Shown in pieces: positions 1-9,423 of a stretch of DNA of 64,000 nucleotides (the stretch's first letter is position 1; each line of letters begins with the position of its first letter). Source of the stretch: a virus. Taxonomy: Duplodnaviria; Heunggongvirae; Uroviricota; Caudoviricetes. The notes beneath the pieces are model-generated. The model did no database searches and was not told where the DNA came from. It worked only from the letters and a program-made list of their open reading frames with translations. The DNA is taken from positions 17,625 through 81,624 of the IMG/VR virus record IMGVR_UViG_3300031566_000011. One strand, given 5' to 3'. The position numbers were made by a program, and so were the translations under genes.

Positions 1-627
1 TTATTGTTAAATAAAATTACATCTGCACAAAGTGCTACTTATGAAATGATTGACTTAGCTACAAAAATAGATGTTGAATCGTTTATTGAAAGTAATGCAA
101 GAATGGATTTTGCTGCTAAATTGGCGACCATGATAACAACTGGAACTGGTGTTAAAGAGCCTATGGGTATTATGACAGATACACTTGTAAATACAATTAA
201 TTCAATTAAAACTGATGAATTTTCAGTAACTGATATTTCTGCACTTATAGAGCAAATTCAAGCAGCGGGTCCACAATATGATGCTGGTTCAAAATTTATG
301 TTTAATTATAACACTTTACATAAGTTAAGACTTACACAAAATGGTATAGGTGATTATTTATACTTAAATCATCTTTCTGATGCTGTTCCTAGCACATTAA
401 TGGGTTATCAATTTATTACTAATAATAATATGGATAATATTGCCACAGGCAAACATCCAATAATTTTAGGTAATTTTAGTAGATATTTCTTGTTATACAG
501 AAAACCTGCTGTAACTTTAAGTATTGATGAAAATCAGGCTGATGGATATTACACATTCTTTTTTAGAAGCTATGCAGATTCAAGAGTAATTAATGATAAA
601 GCGTTTTATAAATTAAAGATGGCGTAG
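1..627 (+). CDS. major capsid protein, HK97-fold, C-terminal part (5' end lies upstream of window)
   Basis: Open frame runs from nt 1 with no start codon. C-terminal region (…PIILGNFSRYFLLYRKPAVTLSIDENQADGYYTFFFRSYADSRVINDKAFYKLKMA) resembles HK97-type capsid proteins. It is followed by a strong terminator and the head/tail module. Confidence 0.5.
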   Translation, partial: LLLNKITSAQSATYEMIDLATKIDVESFIESNARMDFAAKLATMITTGTGVKEPMGIMTDTLVNTINSIKTDEFSVTDISALIEQIQAAGPQYDAGSKFMFNYNTLHKLRLTQNGIGDYLYLNHLSDAVPSTLMGYQFITNNNMDNIATGKHPIILGNFSRYFLLYRKPAVTLSIDENQADGYYTFFFRSYADSRVINDKAFYKLKMA

Positions 628-640
628 TAATGTTTTTTTT

Positions 641-674
641 GTGTGGATGAAATATTCCACACAAATTTTTAATA
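641..674 (+). terminator. rho-independent terminator after capsid gene
   Basis: Hairpin TGTGTGGA-tgaaatat-TCCACACA followed by AATTTTT. Confidence 0.5.
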
Positions 675-692
675 ATAATAAGGAGATTTGTA

Positions 693-1094
693 ATGTATAA
701 AAATTTATCAAAATATATAGAAGAAGTAATTGGATTAAATGGTGTAGCACTTAGTGCAGATACAACTACTGCTGGGGAAACAATAGATTTGCAAGGATTT
801 AAATCTGTTGCTGTTGTCTTAAAAGTTGATGCTTTTACACTAGGAGATGTGACTTTAATACTAGAAGATAGTGATGAAGCTACAACAGGATTTGTTGCAG
901 TTGATCCTGATTTTCTAACAAGAGCAATCGCAGGAACAAAGATTGTTACCGCAAACACAACAGAAAGAATAAGTTATATAGGGAATAAAAGATATTTTAA
1001 AGTTTCGGTGATAACTGCAAATTCTGCTGATCTATATGTAAGTGCATTGGTTATTAAAGGTGATCCAATATCTATCCCTACACTAGAAGCATAA
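693..1094 (+). CDS. hypothetical virion protein (possible head decoration/Ig-like)
   Basis: 133-aa ORF directly after capsid gene with RBS AAGGAG. Beta-rich composition. No recognisable motif. Confidence 0.3.
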   Translation: MYKNLSKYIEEVIGLNGVALSADTTTAGETIDLQGFKSVAVVLKVDAFTLGDVTLILEDSDEATTGFVAVDPDFLTRAIAGTKIVTANTTERISYIGNKRYFKVSVITANSADLYVSALVIKGDPISIPTLEA

Positions 1095-1427
1095 TTGGAG
1101 TTCAATATGAAAAAATTAAAGATTGAAGGAATAACTATTGATAGACAATTTTGGAGCTGGGGGAATATAAGAAAAGGTGAGACCGTATCCTTGCTTGAAG
1201 ACATTGCTAACTTAGTTGTAAAAAGGGGTCATGCTAAACTAGTGAAAGAAGATCTAGTTATAGAAGAAGCTAAATTGGAAGAAGAGGATGAACTAGAAGT
1301 TAAAGCTAGGCTAAAAAAAGAAGCTAATTTAGAAGAAGAAGCTAATATAGAAAAAGATAAAAAGGAAGATGATAAAGATAAGAAAAATCAATCTCCTAAA
1401 CAAATAAAAAAAGGGAGTAAAAAATAA
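1095..1427 (+). CDS. hypothetical protein with E/K-rich charged tail
   Basis: 110-aa ORF tightly packed in the structural operon. Low-complexity EEEAKLEEE…KDKKEDDKDKK C-terminus. Confidence 0.3.
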   Translation: MEFNMKKLKIEGITIDRQFWSWGNIRKGETVSLLEDIANLVVKRGHAKLVKEDLVIEEAKLEEEDELEVKARLKKEANLEEEANIEKDKKEDDKDKKNQSPKQIKKGSKK

Positions 1428-1699
1428 TGAATAAAATAAAACTAAGTTTATTGTTTATGTTTATTTTTTCTAGTTTTTGTTTTGCTGCAAAAAATGTAGA
1501 TAATTATTTTGAAAAACCAGGCTGGGGTAACAATGATAATGTTCTTTATATTGGTGGGACATTAAAATTTGCAGTTGATTTAGATACTACTTCAGCTCCT
1601 GCTTCTGTTGGAATTATTGGTATTGATAGTTCTTATGATATGTATATTTCTACGGGAATCTTAGCTGGTGATTGGGCTAAAATTGGATTACAAACTTAA
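1427..1699 (+). CDS. hypothetical small protein with N-terminal hydrophobic/signal-like segment
   Basis: 90 aa. N-terminus LSLLFMFIFSSFCFAA. ATGA overlap with the previous gene. Confidence 0.3.
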   Translation: MNKIKLSLLFMFIFSSFCFAAKNVDNYFEKPGWGNNDNVLYIGGTLKFAVDLDTTSAPASVGIIGIDSSYDMYISTGILAGDWAKIGLQT

Positions 1700-1715
1700 T
1701 TATTTCAATATTTTT

Positions 1716-1757
1716 AGGGGTGGGAATTTCCCCATCCCTTTATGTGTTATATTTTTT
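1716..1757 (+). terminator. GC-rich hairpin plus T-run
   Basis: AGGGGTGGGAATTTCCCCATCCCT near-palindrome followed by TTATGTGTTATATTTTTT. Confidence 0.4.
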
Positions 1758-1769
1758 AAAGGTTAAATT

Positions 1770-2606
1770 ATGATAAAAAATTATAAAGTTTTAAATCGCA
1801 CAAAAGAATTACCAATATCTTTAACTGAATTAAAGCAATATTTAGTATTTATTGATGTTGAGGATACTACTGAGGATGCATATCTGACTGATTTGATGAA
1901 TGTTGCGATTAAATTTATAGAAGATTATACAGGTAAAGATTTAACTTTTAAAAAATATTATGCTTATACAAAAACATTTCTTACAGAAGATACTAGATTT
2001 ATATTAGAAGGTATTAAGGTTAAAAAATGTCCTGTTGAAAGTATTGATAAAATTGAATATATAGACAATAGTGGTGTTTTAAATTTAATTGATGATGACA
2101 ATTATTATCTAATACCGAATATGGATTATTATTCATATATAAAATTTTCAGAATATCCAAGTGTTAAAGATATATTTAATAGTATTCAATTAACATTTAA
2201 TGCAGGATTTGGATGGATAATTAATACAATATCAAGATTAGAAGACGTTGTTACTGTTGAAACATTTAATGATAACTTTTTAGAATCTGGACAAAAAATC
2301 TTAGTTAGCAATATTGATAAAGCAATATTTAATGGAATTTTTGAAATTGATACTATTGTAAATAAAACTACTTTTACATACAAAGTTACAGTCCCTGATG
2401 GTGAAGGAGCTGGTTTTACAGAATCTGGAAATGGTGAGTTTATGGTTATTAATGTTATTCCAGAAGTTTTTTTATTAACAATTAAAAGATTAGTTCTTTA
2501 TTTATATGAAAACAAGGGCGATTGTCCTAATTCTGATATTATGGCATATTTAGATAAATTCTTATTTAGTGAGAAGATAATGGGGTTTGGAATCTATGAC
2601 ATGTAA
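1770..2606 (+). CDS. head-tail connector / gp6-like DNA-packaging protein with C-terminal extension
   Basis: N-terminus (LTELKQYLVFIDVEDTTEDAYLTDLMNVAIKFIEDYTGKDL) matches the pattern of phage head-tail connector (gp6/gp15-like) proteins. 278 aa. Confidence 0.35.
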   Translation: MIKNYKVLNRTKELPISLTELKQYLVFIDVEDTTEDAYLTDLMNVAIKFIEDYTGKDLTFKKYYAYTKTFLTEDTRFILEGIKVKKCPVESIDKIEYIDNSGVLNLIDDDNYYLIPNMDYYSYIKFSEYPSVKDIFNSIQLTFNAGFGWIINTISRLEDVVTVETFNDNFLESGQKILVSNIDKAIFNGIFEIDTIVNKTTFTYKVTVPDGEGAGFTESGNGEFMVINVIPEVFLLTIKRLVLYLYENKGDCPNSDIMAYLDKFLFSEKIMGFGIYDM

Positions 2607-2988
2607 CACAAGAATAAAACAAAAAAAAAAAGAATATTGTATAGGAGATTTTAAGCATACATGTAAAGTTTTAAGACAAATTAATAGACAAACTAATAAT
2701 TTAAAAGCTGATAGCATACAATATTTGGATGATATAATTTTCACAACTAAATGTAGATTAGAAACTGCGAAAGGGGTTGTTTATATTGATGGAATTGCGA
2801 CACTTAATGAAAGCACACATAATATTGTAATGAGATATACGGATAAGATAAAACATTCATACTTTATGGAAATTAATAACGAATATTATGAAATAAAAAA
2901 TATTACAAATTTGAATGAAGAAAATAGACTTTTATATTTAAAATGCGTTAAAAAGGGATCTAAAACAATAAAAGGAAATCATAAATAA
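2587..2988 (+). CDS. hypothetical head-tail joining protein
   Basis: 133-aa ORF in the connector/neck gene block. Overlaps neighbours by a few nt. Confidence 0.25.
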   Translation: MESMTCNTRIKQKKKEYCIGDFKHTCKVLRQINRQTNNLKADSIQYLDDIIFTTKCRLETAKGVVYIDGIATLNESTHNIVMRYTDKIKHSYFMEINNEYYEIKNITNLNEENRLLYLKCVKKGSKTIKGNHK

Positions 2989-3446
2989 TGAATTTTGCAT
3001 CATCGGGACTACAACCAGAAACTTTAAAAGATTGGCATGTTATAAATTTACCGATTTTAAATAAAAGAAATGTTCCTTTACGTTTACGTGCAGGTTTGGA
3101 TCAAGCTGCAAATTTTGTTAAACAGGATTTATATAAAAAGTTAAGTAATATTAAAAGAAGAACAGGAAGACGATATGTTATAGATGGAAAGGTTCATATT
3201 GCTTCTAGTGTGGCTGGAAATGAATATCCAGCAGAATTAAAAGGACATTTAAGAAATAGCATTAATATAAAAGTAGAGGGTGTAGATGAATTCCAAGTTT
3301 TTTCAAATTCCAGTGAAGAATATGTAAATAAGTTAGAAAATAGTCAAAGACATTATTTAAAAAGAAATATAGAAGAAAATAGAGATATAATAAGAAAAAG
3401 AATACATGATGCGATAATAAGAGGTATGAAGGATGGTATATTTTAA
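2988..3446 (+). CDS. hypothetical neck/tail-completion protein
   Basis: 152-aa ORF. Its position between connector and sheath genes is typical of neck proteins. Confidence 0.25.
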   Translation: MNFASSGLQPETLKDWHVINLPILNKRNVPLRLRAGLDQAANFVKQDLYKKLSNIKRRTGRRYVIDGKVHIASSVAGNEYPAELKGHLRNSINIKVEGVDEFQVFSNSSEEYVNKLENSQRHYLKRNIEENRDIIRKRIHDAIIRGMKDGIF

Positions 3447-4612
3447 TGTTATCTAGTCAAGTTAGTAATCATTTAAAAGAAATATTACCTAAATATGCAG
3501 ATTTATTCTCAAAAGTTGTTGAGGTTTCTAGCGTTAATTATGTTATTGAAACAGATATCACTACAGTTACTTGTGTAACAGATGAACTTCATTATTTGGA
3601 ACAAGAATATCAAGAATATGGTGATGAATTATCTACAGAAGATAGATATATTTATCTTTCAAATGTCTTAGTTGGTAATAAAATATTATCAATAGAATCT
3701 GTATCAGGTATTGCTACTATAGAATTAGAAAATAGACATAGTTATGCTAATTATTTAACAGATATTTTTTATATACAAATAATAGATTCTGATGAAGAAG
3801 CAGTAAATGGAAGATTTAAGGTTTCAGAAGTTATAGATAATTATAACATAAAAGTTATTTTAGATACTAATTATACAGGAACTCCCACTGGTAATATGTT
3901 TTTTTTAGAAGAAAATAATTCAAAGGGATATGAGGGATATCATAAGGTTACTGAAATAGTAGATGATAAAACATTTAAGTTTGTATTGCCTTTTATTATT
4001 AATGGAGATGCTTTTATTGATAAATTTCGTGGAGATTATATAAAATGCCATGTAAGAATATTTGTTAGCGGATTTTCAAGTTTAAGAAATTTTATAGCTT
4101 GTGTATCTAAAAGTTTAAATGATGAATTTGTTGAAGAGGGAAAATGGAAGTGTGGTGTAATCGTAAATCCACCAATTGCATCAAAAAGTGCATATTCTAA
4201 TTCTGATAGCATGATGGGAACATTGAGGGTTGATGAATATAGGCAAACAATAGTTCAAAATATGAATATTGTAATGATGTGTCCTCTGCGAGATGAAACA
4301 TCTGGTATGTTAATGAATGAAAGATTACAAATATTAAGATCATATGTTTTATTATTAGCAGGAAGAGAGTTGGAAAGACCTTCTTTGTATGAGGGAAATT
4401 CTTTAATCCAACCAGTATATATTGGAGAAAATATTAATGAGGAGAATGATGCTTATTGTATCTATTCTTATAATTTTCAATCAATATATGAATTATTAAA
4501 TAAAGATGTATATTTAGGTAATAGAAATTATTATCCAATTACGGAATTCACAAATAGATATAAAGATAAACTAAATGTGAATATATTAAAAGAAGATAGG
4601 AGTATAATATGA
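3446..4612 (+). CDS. hypothetical structural protein preceding sheath
   Basis: 388-aa ORF. ATGA/ATGAG overlaps with flanking genes. Confidence 0.25.
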   Translation: MLSSQVSNHLKEILPKYADLFSKVVEVSSVNYVIETDITTVTCVTDELHYLEQEYQEYGDELSTEDRYIYLSNVLVGNKILSIESVSGIATIELENRHSYANYLTDIFYIQIIDSDEEAVNGRFKVSEVIDNYNIKVILDTNYTGTPTGNMFFLEENNSKGYEGYHKVTEIVDDKTFKFVLPFIINGDAFIDKFRGDYIKCHVRIFVSGFSSLRNFIACVSKSLNDEFVEEGKWKCGVIVNPPIASKSAYSNSDSMMGTLRVDEYRQTIVQNMNIVMMCPLRDETSGMLMNERLQILRSYVLLLAGRELERPSLYEGNSLIQPVYIGENINEENDAYCIYSYNFQSIYELLNKDVYLGNRNYYPITEFTNRYKDKLNVNILKEDRSII

Positions 4613-6183
4613 GTGGAACACAAATAGCGAGTAATCCAGTAGTTAATTTTGCTAATAACGGGGCATCAGGAGTTACTGCATCCCCTATGGTAAAAGCATT
4701 GATCGTAAATCAAAAGTCGGCATCAGGCACAGCCATTAGTGGTAAGCTTTATTCAAATATTAGTAATGATACTAATATTTATGAAGGATTATTTGGAAAG
4801 AATTCTATAATGAGTGCATGTATTAAATCATTCAAGGCTATTAATAAATATAGTCAACTTGATGTTATTTCATTGGATGACAATGTTGGTGGTGTTCAGG
4901 CAACTGGAAATGTAACATTCACTGGAACAACAGCAGGTGTTGCTGGAACAATTTATGTTACTATTGGTTCTAAAAAAAAGCATAAATATACATTAAATGT
5001 AGCATTTGGAGCTACACCAGATCAAATTGGAGATGCGTTAGCTGCTGCAATATTAGCAGATACTTATGCTCCTTTTACTAGTGTAAATACTAGTGGTGAT
5101 GTTGCTATAACATTTCTACACAAAGGAACAATAGGAAATAATATTTCTGTCCATGTTGAAGGTTCTGTAACTGGAATAACATTAGCGACAACTGCTTTTG
5201 CAGGTGGTGCTACTGACCCAGTTTTAACAACTTTATTCGATAATATAGATAGCATTAAATATAAAGCAATTATATATCCTTGCACTTATGATTTGGATGT
5301 TTTGGAAACATTAGTAGAAAGTAGAGTTGATTATGACAATATAGATTTAGCTGGTGTTGGATTTATTTCAAAAACAGATTCTAAGGCTAATTTAGTAACA
5401 TTGGGAGAGGCATATAATTCAAGAGCTTTAATTATTCATGGAAATGAAGTAAATAACAATACATTATTTAAAGGGTCAACTATTAAAGAATTTGATGATG
5501 TTATTATTACAAATTTTGTTGCTATTGATTTATTAAGATTGACACCAAATGCAGTTATTGGAAGTGGATATATAGCTAGTGTTGAATTAAATGATAATAT
5601 AGGTGGTCCTTCTTTGGCTTCATATCCATATTACAATACACCGTTATTTGATCTACCAGTTATTGAGGATGGTGATGGATTTACAAGAAGTGAAGTTAAA
5701 GAATTAAAAGATGCTGGTGTTTTTGTAATGTCTAATAATGTTGCAGGAACTACTCTTATAACAGATCAAGTAGTTACAACATACAAAACTAATGCTCTTG
5801 GTATTGTAGATGACAGTTTTAAATATTTAAATTATATAAGAACATACAACGAAGCAACAGCATATCAATTTACACGACTTAAAGCTGAATTAAATACAAG
5901 ATTAACACAAGGAACATCTGTTGCTGGGTATTCAGATATAAATGAAGTAGGAATAAAGGCTATAATGAAAGATTCTTATATAGAGCTTAGCGGTGGAACA
6001 TATTACTTATGTCCTAGAGGCATTAGTAGTGAAACTGGAAAAGATATAATTAAAGAATATGAAAATAATTTAAGTATTAATATATCTTACACTACAGGCA
6101 TAATAAGTATTTCACAAATATTGCCAATATTGGTTCAAGCAAGAATAATTAATGTTATATCTAATTTAACATTTAACATTTAG
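4609..6183 (+). CDS. tail sheath protein
   Basis: 524 aa. Position immediately before a small tube-like gene, chaperone and tape measure. Size and Gly/Thr/Val-rich composition typical of sheath proteins. Confidence 0.45.
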   Translation: MSGTQIASNPVVNFANNGASGVTASPMVKALIVNQKSASGTAISGKLYSNISNDTNIYEGLFGKNSIMSACIKSFKAINKYSQLDVISLDDNVGGVQATGNVTFTGTTAGVAGTIYVTIGSKKKHKYTLNVAFGATPDQIGDALAAAILADTYAPFTSVNTSGDVAITFLHKGTIGNNISVHVEGSVTGITLATTAFAGGATDPVLTTLFDNIDSIKYKAIIYPCTYDLDVLETLVESRVDYDNIDLAGVGFISKTDSKANLVTLGEAYNSRALIIHGNEVNNNTLFKGSTIKEFDDVIITNFVAIDLLRLTPNAVIGSGYIASVELNDNIGGPSLASYPYYNTPLFDLPVIEDGDGFTRSEVKELKDAGVFVMSNNVAGTTLITDQVVTTYKTNALGIVDDSFKYLNYIRTYNEATAYQFTRLKAELNTRLTQGTSVAGYSDINEVGIKAIMKDSYIELSGGTYYLCPRGISSETGKDIIKEYENNLSINISYTTGIISISQILPILVQARIINVISNLTFNI

Positions 6184-6215
6184 TTTTAGATTATAGTAAA
6201 TATAGGGAGTAAATA

Positions 6216-6605
6216 ATGTCAGATAAAAAAACAAAAGTCCTGAGGAAACTAGAAGTGAATGGATTGTTGGTTTCCCCAGTTCCTAATAGTTTCAATTACA
6301 CATCAAGTATAGCACCAACAACTGTTAAAAAGTATGCAGCAGGAATTGGAGTAGATGCTATTGTAGAAGAAAGAAATATTGAAGAAGGGGTTGGTGAGTT
6401 AAATTTTAAAGTATTTTCTACTATATCTAATGAAAATACTATTGTTGCAGCACAGAATAATGCCTCAGATAACACTGTCCAAGCTACTTTTGAAACAGGT
6501 GATGTGAAGATTTTTAAAGATGTTGCGATTGAAGGTAAACCATCGTTTGGGGAAGGAACAGAAAATTCTGTTGATATTAGTTGTAGATTTGGAAGCGTAA
6601 ACTAA
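6216..6605 (+). CDS. tail tube protein
   Basis: 129-aa ORF between sheath and chaperone, as in the P2/Mu FI-FII-E-T order. Confidence 0.4.
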   Translation: MSDKKTKVLRKLEVNGLLVSPVPNSFNYTSSIAPTTVKKYAAGIGVDAIVEERNIEEGVGELNFKVFSTISNENTIVAAQNNASDNTVQATFETGDVKIFKDVAIEGKPSFGEGTENSVDISCRFGSVN

Positions 6606-6626
6606 AAAATAAAAGGAAAATAAAAT

Positions 6627-7103
6627 ATGTTTGAATATAATTTAATAAAACCAGTAGAAAATTTAGGAATAGAACAAAAGTCAATATTTATAGTAGAACC
6701 AAATTCTTTAATGGAAGAAGCATTAGATGTATTACAAAGTGTATATGCAAAGGGTGTTTTTTCTGTAAGTAAGGGGTCAAGTAATAATTCTAATGAAAAA
6801 TCTGATCCTGAGAAAGCGTTTAATGACTATCAAGATGAGCAAGAACGTTTAAAAAATATAAGCGATAAACAATTGGAATTTGAAAATAAAGAAAAAATTA
6901 ATGGTTTAAGTTTAATATTTAGTGTCTGTGGAGAACTTAAAAAAGCAAAAGATGCCTTTAAGTCAATATTAACAAATCAGCAATGCACATTTTATGATAG
7001 AAATAAACAACAAAAAATAAACCAAGGGTTTGTATCTGACTTGGCTCCAAAAGACTTCAACAATTTAATGTATGGATATTTTAACTATTTTTTGGAACTA
7101 TAG
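6627..7103 (+). CDS. tail assembly chaperone (gpE/G-like), 0-frame product
   Basis: 158-aa acidic protein immediately upstream of the tape measure. Ends 6 codons after a T_TTT_TTG slippery heptamer. Confidence 0.45.
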   Translation: MFEYNLIKPVENLGIEQKSIFIVEPNSLMEEALDVLQSVYAKGVFSVSKGSSNNSNEKSDPEKAFNDYQDEQERLKNISDKQLEFENKEKINGLSLIFSVCGELKKAKDAFKSILTNQQCTFYDRNKQQKINQGFVSDLAPKDFNNLMYGYFNYFLEL

Positions 7104-7282
7104 AATTATATTTCAAAGTAAAGGATGATTTATTAAATCATAAACTACATTTAATACATAATTTTGAGGGCGGAATTTCATTAGAATATTTAAATAAAAT
7201 ATCTTGGGTAGAATTGTTTGAGTTGTTTGATGTTTCTAGAAATGTTGTAGAAGAGATAAATAGAAAAATAAAAGATAACTAG
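6627..7282 (+). CDS. tail assembly chaperone -1 frameshift extension product (gpE+E'/GT-like)
   Basis: The -1 frame is open from 7085 to the TAG at 7280-7282 (LFFGTIELYFKVKDD…EEINRKIKDN). It begins at the slippery site T_TTT_TTG 7088-7094 and fills the otherwise gene-less 230-nt gap before the tape measure gene. Confidence 0.35.
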
Positions 7283-7335
7283 TAAGAAATAAAAAAATAA
7301 AGCTGGCTTGAAATAATAATTAAAAAGGATTAACA

Positions 7336-9402
7336 ATGATAGGACAAAGTAATTATACAGCTAATTATACATATAAATTGGGCGATCAGTTTAGTAAACA
7401 ATTAGATAAAATTAATAATTCTATTGCTAATCATAAAAATTTATTAAATCAAACTAGTGGTGCAACAAAACAATACAAAAAAAATACTCAACAAATGGCA
7501 CAAGCGTCTAACGAAATAGTCAATTTAAATGGGAGAGTTATATCTTCCATGAACCCTATGACATTAGCAATTACAAGGGCTGGCGAATCAGTTAAGAAGT
7601 TAGGACAAGCAGGAGATGAACTTTTACCAGTTTATAATGAGATTAAGCATGGTTTTATTTTCCCCACCATAGATGGTATGTCAATGTTTAGCGATAAACA
7701 AAAACAATGGACAAAAGAGACAGAACACCAAGTTCAAAGAATGGCTGTTTCTTATATACGTGCTGGAATGGTAGTTGGTAAAATTGGACAAATTTTTACT
7801 ACAGCAGTTACAGCCCCAATAGTTGGTGCAGGTATTATAGGTACTAAATATTTAATGCAGGAGCAAGAGTTTTTAGCAGCATTAGAAATACATTTAAGAG
7901 ATAAGCAAAAAGCTGTAGAGTGGGAAAGAAAAATAGCAATGTTTGCGGCAAAAACAACAGCAACAGCAGGTGAATCTAGGTTAGCTTTCATGCATATTTT
8001 ACCACACATGAAAGATATGGGCATTGAGGGTATGATGAAACAATTTGAATATTTACAAGATATAGCAGCTGGATCAATAGGAGCTAATGTAAAGGATCTT
8101 GCAATTGTAGTGGCAAAAGCAGCTTCGCTAGGAAAAGTAGATCAACTAGTTTTGAAACCATTTAGAACAATGGGTATACCTATTATGAAATATATGGCAG
8201 AAGCATTTAATATTGAAGATATAACAAAAATTCCAGAAGCAATAAAGAAAGGGGAGGTTACGTATAAGGATTTACTAAAAACTTTACAATATATGGGTGA
8301 AAATATTTATAAGGGTGCAGATGAAAGAAAAGCATCAACATTAGCTGGTAGATGGTCTGTTTTTGCAGAAGGAATACAGATGATGACTGGATCAATAGTT
8401 GATACTTTATATAAAACTATTAAATTAGATAGTATTTTCAAGCGAGTATCAGATAAAGTCTATAGTATTGTTGATCAGTTAAAAGATGGAAATAGTTCAA
8501 TAAGTAAATTTTCTTTAGCCTTAATTGGTGCAGCTGCAGGTTTTGGACCATTAATGATGGCATCTGGAACATTGCTAGATATGTTTGGGAATTTAACATT
8601 AATGGCTATGGGTATGAGATTTGCCAAAAAAGGTAGTTTATTGTTTGGTATAAATAAATTTTTAGCAGGATTTGGTGCTATTGTAATGGTTATTGGAAAG
8701 ATTGGATTGTTAAGTGGTGCTTTATGGGGATTGCATTATGTAGTAACAAAAACTATAAATAAACCAAATCAATCTTTTGGTGACTGGTTAATTATTTTTG
8801 GGAGTGCAGCATTATCTATTAAAATAATATCTAAATTAGCAGGTAGTTTGCTAGTCTTAGTTCCTATTTTAAAGAATATATTCTTGTATGGTCAGATTTT
8901 ACAGGGAATGTCTTGGGCAGGCATATTTGCTTCTTTCCCAATAGCAACCATTACTATAATAACAGTTGCTATTCTTGGATTAGTATATGCTTTAATGAAA
9001 TTAGCTAAATGGGTTGAAACTTCTCCAAGTAAAGTTGCACAAGGAACTAGAAGTATGATTGGGAATACTAACATTAAAGATGATTATAAAGATACAAAAA
9101 TTGGTGGAGCTAGTTTTTTGAAAGATGTTAGTAAAGGCATTTTATTTAATCCATTCAAAACTCAATCAATGGGGAATACATTTGAAACACATTCTCCTCA
9201 GATGTTAAGCAAAAAAGAAGAGATTTTAAAAACAGGAATGATGCAAGGTTTTTTAAGGAATGATAATTCTCAAAAAGAAACTATTGTTAAGATAGTAGTA
9301 GAAGATAAAAATGGGAAAATAAAAGAAGTAAAACAAGATGGTAAATCAATAGGGTTTGAAGGTTGGAGCAATAGGGGAGATTATGGTTTTTTACAATCAT
9401 AA
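7336..9402 (+). CDS. tail tape measure protein
   Basis: 688 aa. Coiled-coil N-terminal half and multiple hydrophobic segments (…LIGAAAGFGPLMMASGTLL…, …FLAGFGAIVMVIGKIGLL…) typical of tape measures. Position after the chaperone. Confidence 0.65.
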   Translation: MIGQSNYTANYTYKLGDQFSKQLDKINNSIANHKNLLNQTSGATKQYKKNTQQMAQASNEIVNLNGRVISSMNPMTLAITRAGESVKKLGQAGDELLPVYNEIKHGFIFPTIDGMSMFSDKQKQWTKETEHQVQRMAVSYIRAGMVVGKIGQIFTTAVTAPIVGAGIIGTKYLMQEQEFLAALEIHLRDKQKAVEWERKIAMFAAKTTATAGESRLAFMHILPHMKDMGIEGMMKQFEYLQDIAAGSIGANVKDLAIVVAKAASLGKVDQLVLKPFRTMGIPIMKYMAEAFNIEDITKIPEAIKKGEVTYKDLLKTLQYMGENIYKGADERKASTLAGRWSVFAEGIQMMTGSIVDTLYKTIKLDSIFKRVSDKVYSIVDQLKDGNSSISKFSLALIGAAAGFGPLMMASGTLLDMFGNLTLMAMGMRFAKKGSLLFGINKFLAGFGAIVMVIGKIGLLSGALWGLHYVVTKTINKPNQSFGDWLIIFGSAALSIKIISKLAGSLLVLVPILKNIFLYGQILQGMSWAGIFASFPIATITIITVAILGLVYALMKLAKWVETSPSKVAQGTRSMIGNTNIKDDYKDTKIGGASFLKDVSKGILFNPFKTQSMGNTFETHSPQMLSKKEEILKTGMMQGFLRNDNSQKETIVKIVVEDKNGKIKEVKQDGKSIGFEGWSNRGDYGFLQS

Positions 9403-9423
9403 TCTAAATAATTAGGGGTTTTT

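Noticed and set aside
590-1204. Minus-strand ORFs 590-958 and 974-1204 overlapping the capsid and downstream genes
   Set aside because: They are fully embedded antisense to strong plus-strand structural ORFs in a tightly packed operon. Their composition is low-complexity and there is no RBS.
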